Source: Octopus bimaculoides (lineage: Eukaryota). From it: a stretch of 64,000 bases of DNA. The position numbers were made by a program, and so were the translations under genes. This document shows positions 37,049-50,465 of this stretch, in pieces (the stretch's first letter is position 1; each line of letters starts with the position of its first letter). Location of the stretch: the NCBI RefSeq assembly GCF_001194135.2, contig NC_068986.1, positions 95,758,706 through 95,822,705 of the forward strand. Direction: 5' to 3'. The notes below the pieces were generated by a model. The model was not told the origin of the DNA and ran no database searches. It worked only from the letters and a program-made list of their open reading frames with translations.

Positions 37049-39401
37049 TATATATATTGTGCCGGTGGTACGTAAAAAGCACCCACTACACTCTCGGTGT
37101 GGTTGGTGTTAGGAAGGGCATCCAGCTGTAGAAACTCTGCCAGATCAGATTGGAGCCTGGTGCAGCCATCTGGTTCACCAGTCCTCAGTGAAATCGTCCA
37201 ACCCATGCTAGCATGGAAAGCGGACGTTAAATGATGATGATGATGATATGATGGATTCTCCCATTGATTTCAATGTGTCCAGTGGCCATTGTGATCAACT
37301 CATTGAATTACCACATGAAGTGGGTAACTATTCCAGGATTGGAATATTGATACATCCTAGCTTAATGTGACAAAGCTGAACTTTTCAATTACAGTTACAG
37401 TCTATCTAGCAGGCTTCTCAGGTTCTTTCTACCTAAATTCACTAAAAAGGTTTGGGTTGTCAACATGCCATGCATTAGGATCAAGCCCAGGACCTCGTGG
37501 TTGCAGAGTGAACATCTTAACAACTCAACCAAGCCTGTATTTAATGTGTGTGTGTGTGTGAGAGGGGAGAGGGAGGGAGAAGGAGAGAGAGAACAAATAA
37601 AAGGTGAGTGAGTTGTATCTATATTTGCTTGTAAAAAAAAATAATAGAGTATCGCTCTTGCTGCACTGCATATACAAACACTCTTAGCCTTATCACAAAA
37701 AGTGCCACCTTTGGCTCACCAACGACCTCCAATCTCTAGCCCCCAGACAAGCTGTACCTCCTGCATTTCTAAAACTATTATATAGGTCCCTGTTTTTCAG
37801 TTCTTAACAGTCCTGTATCAACTTCACCCAGGCCCACCTGACTTACATGTCTCCCATCATCGCCAAAAATGTGTCTACCACCCCCTCTCATCAGGCACCA
37901 CACTGTCACACTTTTCAATCCTTCCTCTTGACAAAAGTACTTTTTAAAAAGAGGGTCTGTGGTAGGATTCTGGGTTTTACATGTTCTATTTAAGATTTCA
38001 AACATACTGTTCTTGTTTTAAAAAAGGGAAATTTAAAAAGAAAACAAGATCTTATTGTTAACTTTTGCACAAGTACTGTCAGTGAATTAGACACAGATCG
38101 GAACTGATACAACAGACCTTTGATCAAACCATTCAAAAATTGGACCAAACGATTTGTTTTTCACCTTTTTTCAAGTCTATCGCATCTAGGACTACATTAT
38201 CATATTGGTTCTTTCATTTTTTAAAACAGTAGGTCATGGTCAGGTCGAGGAACCACACATAAGTCCCCTTGTCGACTTGTGTTATTATAGTAGTTTAGCT
38301 ACAGGTCAACCTTGACCAGGTCTGTCTACGTAGGCTAGTGTTTAAAAATAAAACGAATGGTGGAAGCTAATCAACTTTCAAAACTGTCAAACAGGATTGT
38401 CGACTTTCAGTTTAATTGACAGTTTATAAACCAGGTGAGCCGAAAGTATTTGCTTCATAGATTGACACTCCTGAAATATTTTGTCTGTAGGAAGAGTCCA
38501 TCTATCCTGGTTGGAACCCTTTCACTACCTACATTGTATGAAATGTATGAAAAATCACAACTCATACCCACTTGCTTCTCCATAAAAAGGTTCTACGCTT
38601 ACGTGAGCAAGAATCGAATATTTGCATTCAATAGAACGATGAAGTTATTGTTGAGTTCCAGATCAGTCCTGATGAAGCAAACTTATGATCAAAGACCGTG
38701 TCCATTTTTTTTTTCCGGACAAGAACACATTTAGCTGTTACTTTTAGCAAGTCGAGTAACCGTATAGAGGTTCCCTGTCAACTTCACTGCTATGCCAGAA
38801 TGGTAAAGTTTGTGCAGACGGCAAAGGGTCTTGGTGAATGATGTTCAATGTCCGAGATCAAAGTAACTCAGTCCGAATCGATATTAAGTACCAGTTAGAA
38901 CATGAGTCGACTCGATTGCTCATACATTATCCTACTACAAAATCGTATTAATTCTCAGGCAAGGAAATCGATATTATTTACATAGTCACATGGAGAGTGA
39001 TTCAGATTGTCTCCAAGGTTCTACCAGGGTTCTACCAGTTATACCAGGGTTTAGCGCTGCTTCTTTATTCTTCCATGGTTCGATTAAAAGTTCCAGTGTT
39101 CCATTCAATAAACTATAACCGCAATTTTTTTTTTAACAACACAAACTTCTTGTTTACTCAAAGAAAGACTTTTCTTTTAAGGAAATTATTATTTACATAT
39201 GCAGACGGAAAGAGAAAGAGCCAGGACAGTACTACATGGACAAAGTGAGTGTCGGTAGGAGTAGGGTTAAAAACGACATTAGAGCATAACTTCAAATCTG
39301 CAATTCTAACAGAACACAACATATTTGTGTGTTATGAAAGTGTCAGAAATAATCTGCACTAGAATTTGATACGAAAATCGCCAGTATTCATTTTTACTCA
39401 C

Positions 39402-39467
39402 GTTATTGCCGGTAATAAATTGGTGAGGGTGGTGATGCCTATGTAAACTGCCAACGTGTTCTACCAT
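39402..39467 (-). CDS. RNF121: RNF121 coding exon 1 (MVEHVGSLHRHHHPHQFITGNN)
   Basis: ATG in AAAATGG context at 39467-39465; 22 codons end at a GTGAGT donor (39401). Phase 0 matches the exon 2 acceptor. CpG-richer region. The peptide itself is not recognisably conserved, so the assignment rests on phase, size and position. Confidence 0.72.
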
Positions 39468-39900
39468 TTTGACGCACCGCAGACGACTTGGGAAGGGAGG
39501 TAACTCTTTGCAAAGTTGACCGTTCGGCAGGTTTTTAGGTAGTTTTTCTTCTGCTTTTTCCGGTAACACTCGTATACTTTCGTTGAATTCCGGTGATACT
39601 CTTTCTGGAATAGGAAATAAACAAATATATGAATGATGGATTAAATAAAATAAATGGGTAATTACGAAAGTATGGCTAAGCTGGTCGAGTGATGTAAAAG
39701 AGAAACAGATATAAATAGAGGGAGTGAGAGAGAGAGAGATAAACATATACAAAATATAGATGAAAAGACCTCCCCACCTCATCCACGCCCACAATGATAT
39801 GAAAATAAAAGGTAAAGAGGATATAGAAAAAAATTATATTTCTATGAAAAGGAAAATAAAGGAGGTGTATGTGTGAAATATCGCGAAAAAGAGAAAAAGG
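39468..39900 (-). promoter_or_regulatory. RNF121: Probable RNF121 5'UTR/promoter region
   Basis: Directly upstream of the exon 1 ATG; visibly more CpG than the surrounding sequence; TSS not definable from sequence. Confidence 0.45.
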
Positions 39901-42477
39901 GAGTAGTATGAGTGAAAGCCACCGTTACAAACATTGCTGATGAGTGAGGGGGATTAGATGCGAAAGAAAGATAGCAGTGAAAAGGAGTATAAACAAATAG
40001 AGAGAGAGTAGCATGGTGAAACTGACAAAAACAGACGATAAGGAACTTGAGAGAATATGTTTAGGAGATGAGTGAAAGTAAGGAAAATATGTAGAATCTT
40101 TTAGAGAGTGAGTGAAGAGAAACGAAATTTACTCATGTATTGAGAGGGAGAGAAAGGAAGTATTATTAGAAAGAGAGAGATGGCCGAGGATTTTAGTAAA
40201 CATACTTTGTTACCAGGACGTTTAAAGTCGTTGTTCCTAGGACATCTTTGCTCCTCCAGTTTGGAGGATTAAACAAGCAACGTAAGAACAGTGAGACGTT
40301 GATTGACTCAGGTAAATATTGACAGATTTTTTTTTCTTTTAGATTTATTAAAGTCAGAAAGAAAAGAAAAAACTACAGCATCACAAGAAAGGCGGTTTCA
40401 GTTCGTTAAAGTAAAAAAAAAAAAAGATGAAGGATGGAAGCTAAATAAAAGAGCTTCTCCCTGTCCTGGGAGAGGTTTGGAAACCTTTCGTTTATTTATG
40501 ACTTGCTTTTATCTTTCGTTGGACAAGAAAGAAACTGCTACATATTGTCGAGGCTCATTCATTGAAAAAATCTTTCTCTTCATTTTTGCTGTTCATGATG
40601 GGGGAAATGTTTAGAGTTGTTGAGGGTCTTTCTGCTTTTTTTGTATATGTTGTGAAATCTGTCATGTTGTGTGTGTTGTATTGCATTCTGTTATGTAGCA
40701 GTGTAATCTATAAGCATTGTGTGGTGTGTTACGATGTAAGTCTGTAGTGTTAGGTTGTAAAATAGCGATTCTCTTTGGTTGTATTATGGTATAGTGCATT
40801 ATGTTGCGAAGTAGTGTATCTGTGGTATGTTATGGCGTAGAGTGATGTGAAAAAGTGTGTGAGCTATTGTGTATTGTGTTATGAAATGGTGTGTTGTGTT
40901 GTGAAGTAGTGTGATTTATTTTGTTGTTAAGTAATGTGTGATCTGTTGTGTATAGTTCTATGAAGAAGTGTGATTTCTGATGGGTTGAGTTGTACATATG
41001 CCAGTTCATTTGCTGTGTATTTCGTGTCTGTCAATATTATGGCATATTTTGTTTTGAATGAATTGGATGATTTATTGTGTTGTTTTTTGTTTTATATAAA
41101 TTATATATAACATAGAACAATTCTATTGTTTTCTATTTTGTATGTGTTAATGTATGATATTTTCTGTTGTTTAACTCCAGGTCAGCCTTGATCGAGCAGG
41201 CCTATAGTGAAAGATGTTCCAGTTCTGCCCATCTAGTCTTTTTGTTTATCCAGAAATCTAGGAATAGATTATCCAACATGCCCTTCCATTTTAGTACACG
41301 AGCGTGTTAATCAAAGGAGATTTGGCAACTATTTCCAGAATTTTGATTTATCGCGTAGAGGATTCTTCTTCGGCTCGTGATATATTTTGCAGTGTGGTCT
41401 CTGTGGATATGTGATGTGGTTATTATTGTTTTGTATATAGTGTTTTGGATACGTTGTGTGAAGTGGTATGATGTCTGATGTGCATCTTTACTTAGCATTC
41501 CTGTTATGTATTATATATAAATGCATATACGGACATATACCCATATGTATTTTAGTAACGCTGTGAATTTAGGCCCCCAAGCTTTGTTATAATGTAATTA
41601 TAGTAGTGTATTGTTTGATTCATTGAGTCTATTCTTGTTTCAATTATATATATATATATATATATAATGGTGGGGGGATGTTTTATGCAGCATGGTGTGT
41701 TCTCTGATAATTGTGATCCGCTCTTTATTGTGCTCTCTCGCACTCCCTTTCTTTTGTGTGTGTGTGTGTATACACTTAGTATTGGTTTCATGCTGTGGTT
41801 GATTGAGGTAATCCCGACAATAATAATGATATACCAACTCCATTAACCAATTTGAGTGTTTTTTGTTTTTCGCTTTGTGGATTTTTAGACAATTGCACGC
41901 ACACAGTGTGTATGTATGCAGGTGTAATAATATTATGGAATACTCCATTTGATATCCTATGTCATACTGTTCTTTGTTTTCATTCCTACCCTTTTCTTCG
42001 TTGTATGTTGATATCTCGTATTGATTCAACTGGATCTTTATAATCTTTCTGAAGACTATATGGGTCTCTTGTGTGTACGTAAATATAATATATGCTGCCT
42101 ATAAAATTGTACTTTCTTTGTAATATGCAATGTATACTCGCGTTTTTTTTTTCTCCATCTTTAATTTCTCAATACATTGAGGATCGGCACCCTTTTCGTT
42201 ACACATACACACTACTTTATGTATTGGATACTTTTTCCCTCATTTGTAAACAAATGTTCACCAATGCACACGGATATACATGCCTTCACACTCGTATCTG
42301 AATTTAACAGAGTACACCTTAATTCACATTAATCGGAGTGCAACTCATAAAGCAATAAATGTGTACTAATACTTCAGAGCTGCGACAAAAGTTTTTCTTA
42401 AAACAATAACACTAAAAAAAAATTCTACATACCATTTTAAATAATCGCACACACATAATAACATAAATATATAAATG

Positions 42478-42725
42478 TCATCATCATCATCATCATCGTT
42501 TTAACGTCCACTTTCCCGAACGGAGTTGAGGCGGATCTATTTCAAAACGGAGGCAGATTTTCAACGCCCGGATGCCCTTCCTGGCGCCAACCCTCACTTG
42601 TTCAGATGCGTGGTAGTATTTCTTCATTGACGTGTTTAGGCAGAATATTGTCAATAAATGACACTGCTTGTATGACAGTGACAAGCATTTTACAACTATC
42701 ACTCAATGTCAGGACAAGGAAACGC
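42478..42725 (-). mobile_element. RTE-tail-related retroposon, second family
   Basis: (CAT)n-GTTTTAACGTCCACTTT...CGGATGCCCTTCCTG..GCCAACCCTCAC; related copies at ~44620-45015 and 45460-45580. Confidence 0.6.
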
Positions 42726-43506
42726 GCGCGCGCGCATATGTATACACACACAGCATACTTCAGTCAGTTTCCATCTACCAAATCCACTCAGAAGACACTT
42801 GCTCAAGTGCCATGTTGTGTGACTGAGCCCAGAACCATATGGTTGGAAAGCAAACTTCTTACAGCCATGGTGTGATGATGATGATGAATACATACAAGAC
42901 AATAAAGATCCACTATGAAAGATATCACACTAGAACACACTTGCCTGGGGTAGCATGCAGTGGAACTGAACCCCAAACCACATGGTTGGGAAGCAAACTT
43001 CTTCACCACACAGCAATTCCTTTGTATATTCATGTGTCATTGTGTAAACACATTCAAAAAGCTTGGGCACAAGCACACTCATTTATACAAGTGTGTGTAT
43101 ATATATATACAAGTATATATATGTGTATGTATATAAATGTGTGTGTTTGTATGAGCATGGAAAAGTGGATGTAAAAAGAAATGATGATGATGATAGTATA
43201 TATGATGGTCTTCTGTACAGTTTTTGTGTGACAAATTTCACTTACAAGGTCTGTCTGAAATCCACTCTTTTTCCATACAAGGTTTTTCACAACATAGGTA
43301 ATGTTATATACTCAACATTGGCTAATATTTAACATTGGACCATATCCTAACTCTCACATATAGTAGGTATCAGATGACTTGAGAAAGTTACTATATCCAA
43401 GGGAGATTTATCTTTCATCTGTTTTAATCCCATGAGGCTAGATCCAACTCTCTGAAGTTAGTTACTGCCAAAAGTGTATGTCTGTGTAAGTGTGTGTGTA
43501 TGTTTG

Positions 43507-43648
<142 letters not shown>

Positions 43649-45207
43649 TATACACATACATACATATATATATGTATATTTAAAGCAAGGAGGGATTAGA
43701 TAATCCAAGTGTTCACTTAAGAAGCACTCACACAACCTGCAGCTATCTGAAATTGTCTGAAGGAAAATGTCTCCCATGGAAACTTTAAGTGTCAATCAAA
43801 CAGAAAATTCCATATTGCTTACTCCTGTCTCAGAGTCTAAATAGACTCCACTATTGACTCATTTGTTATTATTATGGTAGCAAGCTGGCAGAATCATTAA
43901 GCACACTGAGCAAAAATACTTAGAGGCATTTCACCTATCTTAATGTTCTGAGTTCAGATTCCACTGAGATCAACTTTGCCTTTCATCCCTTAAAATAAGT
44001 ACCAGTAGAGCACTGGAGGACGATGCAATCAACTTACTCCACTCTTCCGAAATTCCTGGCCTTGTAGCAAAATTTGAAATCATTTTATATATATCTGTAT
44101 ATATATATATATTATCGTCATTTAACTTTCCTTTTTCTATACTGGTATGGGTTGGATGGTTCTACATGAACTGATGAAACAGAGGGCTGTGCCAAGCTCT
44201 GATGTCTGCTCTGGCATGGTTTCTATAGCTGGATGCCCCTCCTTACACCAGAGTGTACTGGGTGACTTGTGAGGTCACCCACCATGTACTTGTGGTTGAA
44301 TAAAGTCATATTACACCAGCTCATCTGGTCATGAGTTCATATTCACTGCAGGTCTTTTGTTGTTGGGGCAAATGCTTACTGCTGCAGTTCGTCCAGCCGT
44401 CAGCTGTATCACATCATCTGAGAATGTTCCCTGCCATTGGCTAGTGACTTGTCCTTTGGAGAAATACAACTCTCACCTTTCTTAATGCCTTAGAGCCTGA
44501 TGGAAGATACAAGTGATTCTTTCCTGCATTTATCATGCCATCTCATTGGTTTGTGAAGACTATAACTTCTGTGAGTAAACTTGGTAGATGGAAACTAAAA
44601 GAAGCTTATTATATCATCATCATTGTTTTAATGTCCACATTTTCATACCTGCATGGATCAGGAGTTTATTGAGGTAAATTTTCTGTGCCCAGATATCTAT
44701 CCTGTCGTCAATTGTCACCTGTTCTCAAGTAAGATAATATTTTCCTATGGCCAGATATGTTCTTACAGGATCATCATCATCATCATCATCGTTTAATGTC
44801 CGCTTTCCATGCTAGCATGGGTTGGACGATTTGACTGAGGACTGGTGAAACCGGATGGCAACACCAGGCTCCAATCTAATTTGGCAGAGTTTCTACAGCT
44901 GGATGCCCTTCCTAATGCCAACCACTCAGAGAGTGTAGTGGGTGCTTTATTGATGTTGCTTGTATGATAGTGACAATCGTTTTACAACTGTCATGCCAAT
45001 GTCAAGACAAGGGAGACATATACACTCACACACACACAGACATACATATAAACAACAGGTTTTTTCAATTTCCGTCTACGAGATCTACTCACTAGGCTTT
45101 TGTCAGCCCAAGGCTATAGTTGAAGACACTAGCCCAAAATGCCACGCAATGGGACTGAATCTGGAACCATGTGGTTGGGAAGCAAGTTTCTTATCACACA
45201 GTCATGC

Positions 45208-45253
<46 letters not shown>

Positions 45254-45263
45254 NNNNNNNNNN

Positions 45264-45306
<43 letters not shown>

Positions 45307-45904
45307 ATGCATGAATGTGTGTGTGTATGTGCACATGTGTATTTCCTTGTCTGAACATAAAACAATTGTTTTAAATGAGTGTCACTATCTTATAAGTAGT
45401 GCCATTCATTTCCAGTCTTCTATGAAAGCATGTCCAGCCTTGGGGAAATATTTATTACTTTACTTTGAAACTGGTAGATTGGCAATAGGAAGGAAGATCA
45501 CCTGGCCATAGAATATCTGCCTCAACAAATTCTGTCCTATCCATGCAAGCGTGGAAAACTGGACATTAAAACAATAATAAGCATTACCTCTTCTCTCTTG
45601 ACTCGTATCTAAAATTAAACAAAACGATGAATGATTTGCATTACACCCTTCACAACAACCCAGTGTGTAACTCCATGTACCCACATATTTATACTCTACC
45701 ACTGACTACACTCTCGGAGTGGTTGGTGTTAGGAAGGGCATCCAGCTGTAGAAACTCTGCCAAATCAGATTGGAGCCTGGTCCAGCCATCTGGTTCGCCA
45801 GTCCTCAGTCAAATCGTCCAACCCATGCTAGCATGGAAAGCGGATGTTAAACGATGATGATGATGATGATGATGATGACTACAAATAGAGCAGAAGCTTT
45901 TATG

Positions 45905-46100
45905 TAGTGATTCAACTGGCTAGAAATAACTGTCGAATATCCTTTAATTTACATGTTATCAAATTTAAAAAAAAAAAAAAGAAAACACAAAAAGGATACA
46001 TTGGACAATGTAGTCCTAGATATACTACATCAGAATATGAATGGGAAGATAACTGCAGCAATGCCTCCATAAGGGCTGACCTGGAGTTAAACAACAACAT
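45905..46100 (+). repeat. Old dispersed retroposon family with (AAC)n tail (representative copy)
   Basis: CTAGAAATA.C....GGATACATTGGA.AATGTAGTCCTAGATA...AGGGCTGACCTGG..TAAACAAC motif recurs >15 times (e.g. ~2960, 10040, 15600, 16680, 20630, 22760, 31930, 34400, 35200, 41160, 52150, 54900). Confidence 0.7.
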
Positions 46101-46871
46101 GATTGATTGTCCTCAAGGGTTAGATACAAAAGTATGTGTGTGAAGTGTTTATTTACCCACACCTACATACATTGTCAGGTGGCGTTTCTTTAATTCGCCT
46201 TATCTTTGTTTTAAGCATCTGTGATTACCAGTAGTAACAACTTTGATGATGATGATTACAATAAATAAACCATGTTGTTAGTTACTTTAGAGTTAGGCAC
46301 AAAGCCAGCTTTGATGGTGTCCAGGAAATAATAATGCTTCCGGTCATTGAGCTACGTGCCTCGCTACACATGAAACAAACACACACACACACACAACATA
46401 ACCCTGAAGGGAAAAAAGCTGAAGTTCGCCATGGTAGTATTTGAACTCACTGACATGAGACATCAAAGTGATTAGGTTTGATATGGAATACAGTCTACTT
46501 ACTGCAGCAGTAGTAGTAGTAGTAGTGATGGTGGTTGTAGTGGTTATAGCAATAGTACTGTGATGGTGGTAGTGGTGATGATTATGGAAATGGTATTGAT
46601 GATGTTAGTGGTTGTTGTAGTAGTATTAGGTGTTGGTGGTAATAGTATAAGTTATGGTGGTGTTGTAAAGAATGATGTTGATACATGTTTTTAATAAGAT
46701 ATGGAAAAGAATCTGAATACTGTAAGGCATTTAGTCTGGTGCTGTACCATTTCTGCCACTAGTTAGAGGAATTTATTATAAGAAAAAGAAGAATCATAAA
46801 TTTTGGCAAAAGGCCACTAGTTTTTTAGGGGGAGGTGATGATGTTAATAATGATGATGAAGATGATGATGA

Positions 46872-47443
46872 TGCAGTACCAGGCAGTGGTTCTTATGGCT
46901 TCTAATCTTAACTGATTGGAAGTATTAACATGTACATGTTTTGCCTTGGTGAAAAAAATGGGTTGCGGTAAATACTTTGCTCAGTACCATAGATTTGCTT
47001 GTCAGATGCTTGACCATAACCAGTTGGGCATGTCCCTTAGTGGCTGACGATATGTGCATTTCTGATCACAAGCAGAAGTAGTGGGGGAGCATCGTAGCCA
47101 TGTGTTGAGAGGAATTCTTTGGGGTTTGGATAATTCACCTTTGGAAACATGGGTGTTTTCTTCATCATCCTTAAACCACCCTCATCCAGGGACCTTTTGA
47201 GTGGGATGGGCTACTCAACCTGAAGACAATTCTGACTGGGCCCCACCTGCAAGCTCATGCACTGTTTATTTTGATATGAGATCACCATGTCGCGCATATA
47301 TGGTTGTGATGCATGTGCCTGGTGTACCCTTATAAGGCAGGTAGTCATGATAGGCAAATTGGACATATTCTCACTTTGATGGCATGATAGGCAAATTGGA
47401 CATATTCTCACTTTGATGGCATGCACTGCTCTCCCACTCAATA
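46872..47443 (-). mobile_element. Retroposon fragment between (GAT)n and (AAT)n tracts
   Basis: GC-richer block bounded by microsatellite tails; contains a 37-bp internal tandem duplication; no ORF. Confidence 0.5.
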
Positions 47444-47449
47444 ATAATA

Positions 47450-48330
47450 ATAATGGTTTCAAATTTTGCCACATGGGTAGCCATTTTGGGGGAGGGGACG
47501 TGTTAATTACATCTAGTGTTCAACCTGGTACTTAATTAATCGATACTGAAAGGATGAAAGGCAAAATCAACCTCAGTGGAATTTGAACTCAGAATGTAGT
47601 GGCAGACGAAATACTGCTAAGCATTTCGCCTGGCATGCTAACAATTCTGCCAGCTTGCTGACCTAATAATAATAATAATAATAATAATCCTTTCTACTAT
47701 AGACACAGGGCCTGAAATTTGGGGGAGGGGGATAGTTGGTTACATCAACCCCAGTACTCAACTGGTACTTAATTTATCGACCCTAAAAGGATGAAAGGCA
47801 AAGTCGACCTTGGCGGAATTTGAACTCAGAACCCTAACAATTCTGCCAGCTCACTGCCTTAATAGTAATAATGAGGATGATGGTTTCAAATTTTGGCACA
47901 AGACCAACAATTTCAGGGAGGGAGGTAAATCGATTACATCAACTCCAGGGCTCAACTGGCACTTGTTTTATCAACCCCAAAACGATGAAAGGCAAAGGGT
48001 GGATTTCAGTGGAATTTGAACTCTAAACATAAAGGACAATGAAATGCCTCTAAGCATTTTGTCCAGTACAGTAACATTTCTAACAGCTTAATAATAATAA
48101 TAATCCTTTCTACTAAAGGCACAAGGCCTAAAATTTGGTGGGAAGGGATTAGTTGATTACATCAACCCCAGTATTTCACTGGTACTTTATTTATCGACCT
48201 TGAAAGGATGAAAGGTAAAGTCAAGATAGGAGGAATTTAAGTGCTCAGAATGTTAAGACAGATGAAATATCACTAAGCATTTTGTATGACGTGCTAATGA
48301 TTCTACCAGCTCACCACTTCCATTATTATC
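47450..48330 (-). mobile_element. Head-to-tail array of four family B SINEs
   Basis: Four similar ~200-bp units (GGATGAAAGG.AAAGTC.ACCT..G.GGAATTTGAACTC), mostly separated by (AAT)n. Confidence 0.85.
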
Positions 48331-48899
48331 ATCATCATTGTTTAATGTCCACTTTCCATGCTAGAATGAGTTGGATGGTTTGACTGAGGACTGGCAAGCC
48401 AGGCTGCCCTTCCTAACACCAGCCATTCCAAGAGTGTAGTGGGTGCTTTTTACATGCCACCAGCATGGGAGCCAGTCAGGGGGCAATTGTTTCAAACTTA
48501 GGCACTAGACCAGTGGTTTTGAGTGTTGAGACAGATCGGTTTCATCAATCCCAGTACTTTATCTTATTGCCCTTGAAGCAAAGTTGACTTCAGCAGGGTT
48601 TGAACTTAAAACTTAAATAGCTGAGAGAAATACTTCAAAGCATATTTCCAGTGCTCCAACAGTTATGTCATTTCACTGCTCTCAAAAAAGTGATGATATT
48701 TGATTTCTTCATATTTTTTTTGGACACAAGGCCAGCAGTTTTGAGGGTAGGGGTTGCTCAATAATAATAATAATAATAATGATAATAGGTCTTTCAAATT
48801 TTGGTTAAAGGCCAGCAGTGTTGGTGTTGCGGTATGCCTCAGTGTTCAACTGGTACTTATTTTATCAACCCTGAAATGTAAATCGATACTGTTTAAGCC

Positions 48900-49143
48900 C
48901 AGTGGTTCTCAACCAAAGTTCATATGGCCCTTGGGGGTCCATGTAAGATTTTGTTGTTAAAATTTATCTGCAATAAATTGGTTATACTTCCACAATACAC
49001 AAAGTATTTTAATAATTATTTTTATACAATTCCTAATATTATAAAAATATAATAGGATTTTTTTAACATCCAGTGGCTAGGAGGGTCCATCCAAATAAAA
49101 TAGTAATCAAAGGGCTCCAAAGGTAAAAAATGGTAAAACACTG
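48900..49143. mobile_element. hAT-type MITE (degenerate)
   Basis: CAGTGGTTCTCAACC ... GGTAAAACACTG; approximate flanks GTTTAAGC/GTTTAACC. Confidence 0.6.
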
Positions 49144-50185
49144 GTTTAACCTTTTACTGATTTTGCCCTCCTAATTATAAGGACTTTCTTTGTAAAGAAT
49201 TTTGATGACCTTTTTTTTGTACTTCTGATGATGACAATATAGTTTTAGAGAGCTCTAGCTATGAATTAAAGCACCAGTAACAATGGCAACATGAACTGTA
49301 GTATCAGCAACAATAACATCAATAAAAGCATCATTTAACATTATCAGCATTCTAGCCAGCTCTATCATAGTACTAAGTTGAGATAGTGTTGACTACAAGT
49401 TATTTTTATTGAGGCCTTTATTGTCTCTTTCTTNNNNNNNNNNNNNNNNNNNNNNNNNNNNNNNNNNNNNNNNNNNNNNNNNNNNNNNNNNNNNNNNNNN
49501 NNNNNNNNNNNNNNNNNNNNNNNNNNTCTCTCTCTCTTTCTCTCTCTTTTTCACAAATGGCAAAACTGTCTTATATATCTGCTGGCGATATTCTCTCTCT
49601 GACACACATACATGCACACAATCACATATGCCTGAATGTCCAATATGTATCTATCAAAGTAATAATTATCTCACTACACTGGTGACAATGATATAAATGG
49701 AATCAAGGTGAAGAGCTGCAACATTTGTCACCAGGGTATCCATCATCTGAGTAATGAAACCCTTATTGATTTTGGTGGTGTGGGGGAAACAGAGTTGTGA
49801 TGTTCATGACATTTCCAAAACCATTTGTAGAATAAGGTAAGGAACTGTAATGGAAATTGAACCAGGATATTCTTGATAGCGAAGTGAACTAAGGTAATGT
49901 AGAACTAAGTGCCCTATTCCAAATACAGGTTGAAATAATACCTGCATGGGTTTTGAACTAACTGAAGACCATCTATCTTTTATCATTTTACTTGTTTCAG
50001 TCATTAGACTACAGCCATGCTTCAAGAATTTTTAGTCAGATGAATTGACCCCAGTACTATTTTTAAGCCTGATACTTATTCTATTGATCACTTCTGCTGA
50101 ACCACTAAGTTACAGGGATGTAAACACACCAACACTGGTTGTCAAGCAGTGATGGGAGACAAACACACACACATTTATATATAAC

Positions 50186-50465
50186 GAACCTCCACCAACT
50201 ATTCTGCCTTTATATCTGTGCACATCTTTCAATGCCATAAGGTCTGCAAATCTAACGGAGGCCTCAAAAGACATTTTAAGATCCACAAAGATCAGAACTT
50301 AACTGCAACTCTTGGTGGTCCAAATTGGATATGCAAACTATGTGGGTGTCTTTTCAACACATTGTCTGGTTTTAAAAAGCCACACCAGATGCTATGATGG
50401 ATCTACGGTGTAGGTAACAGGAGGTGGTCAGACTCTGCATAAGGAGTAGACAGCCACCATATATA
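50186..50465 (+). mobile_element. RTE-like LINE 3' end with two C2H2-like motifs, nested in a SINE
   Basis: CHKVCKSNGGLKRHFKIH and CKLCGCLFNTLSGF(fs)KSHTRC, then GTAGACAGCCACC-(TA)n; it interrupts a family D SINE (49975-50630). Confidence 0.55.

Noticed and set aside
39306-39794. 162-aa ORF spanning RNF121 exon 1
   Set aside because: Only 39467-39402 is supported as coding. Upstream is purine/pyrimidine-skewed low complexity, and downstream runs through a GTGAGT donor.
47450-48330. CRISPR-like or satellite array
   Set aside because: The units are ~200-bp diverged tRNA-derived SINEs in a eukaryotic context, with no repeat-spacer structure.
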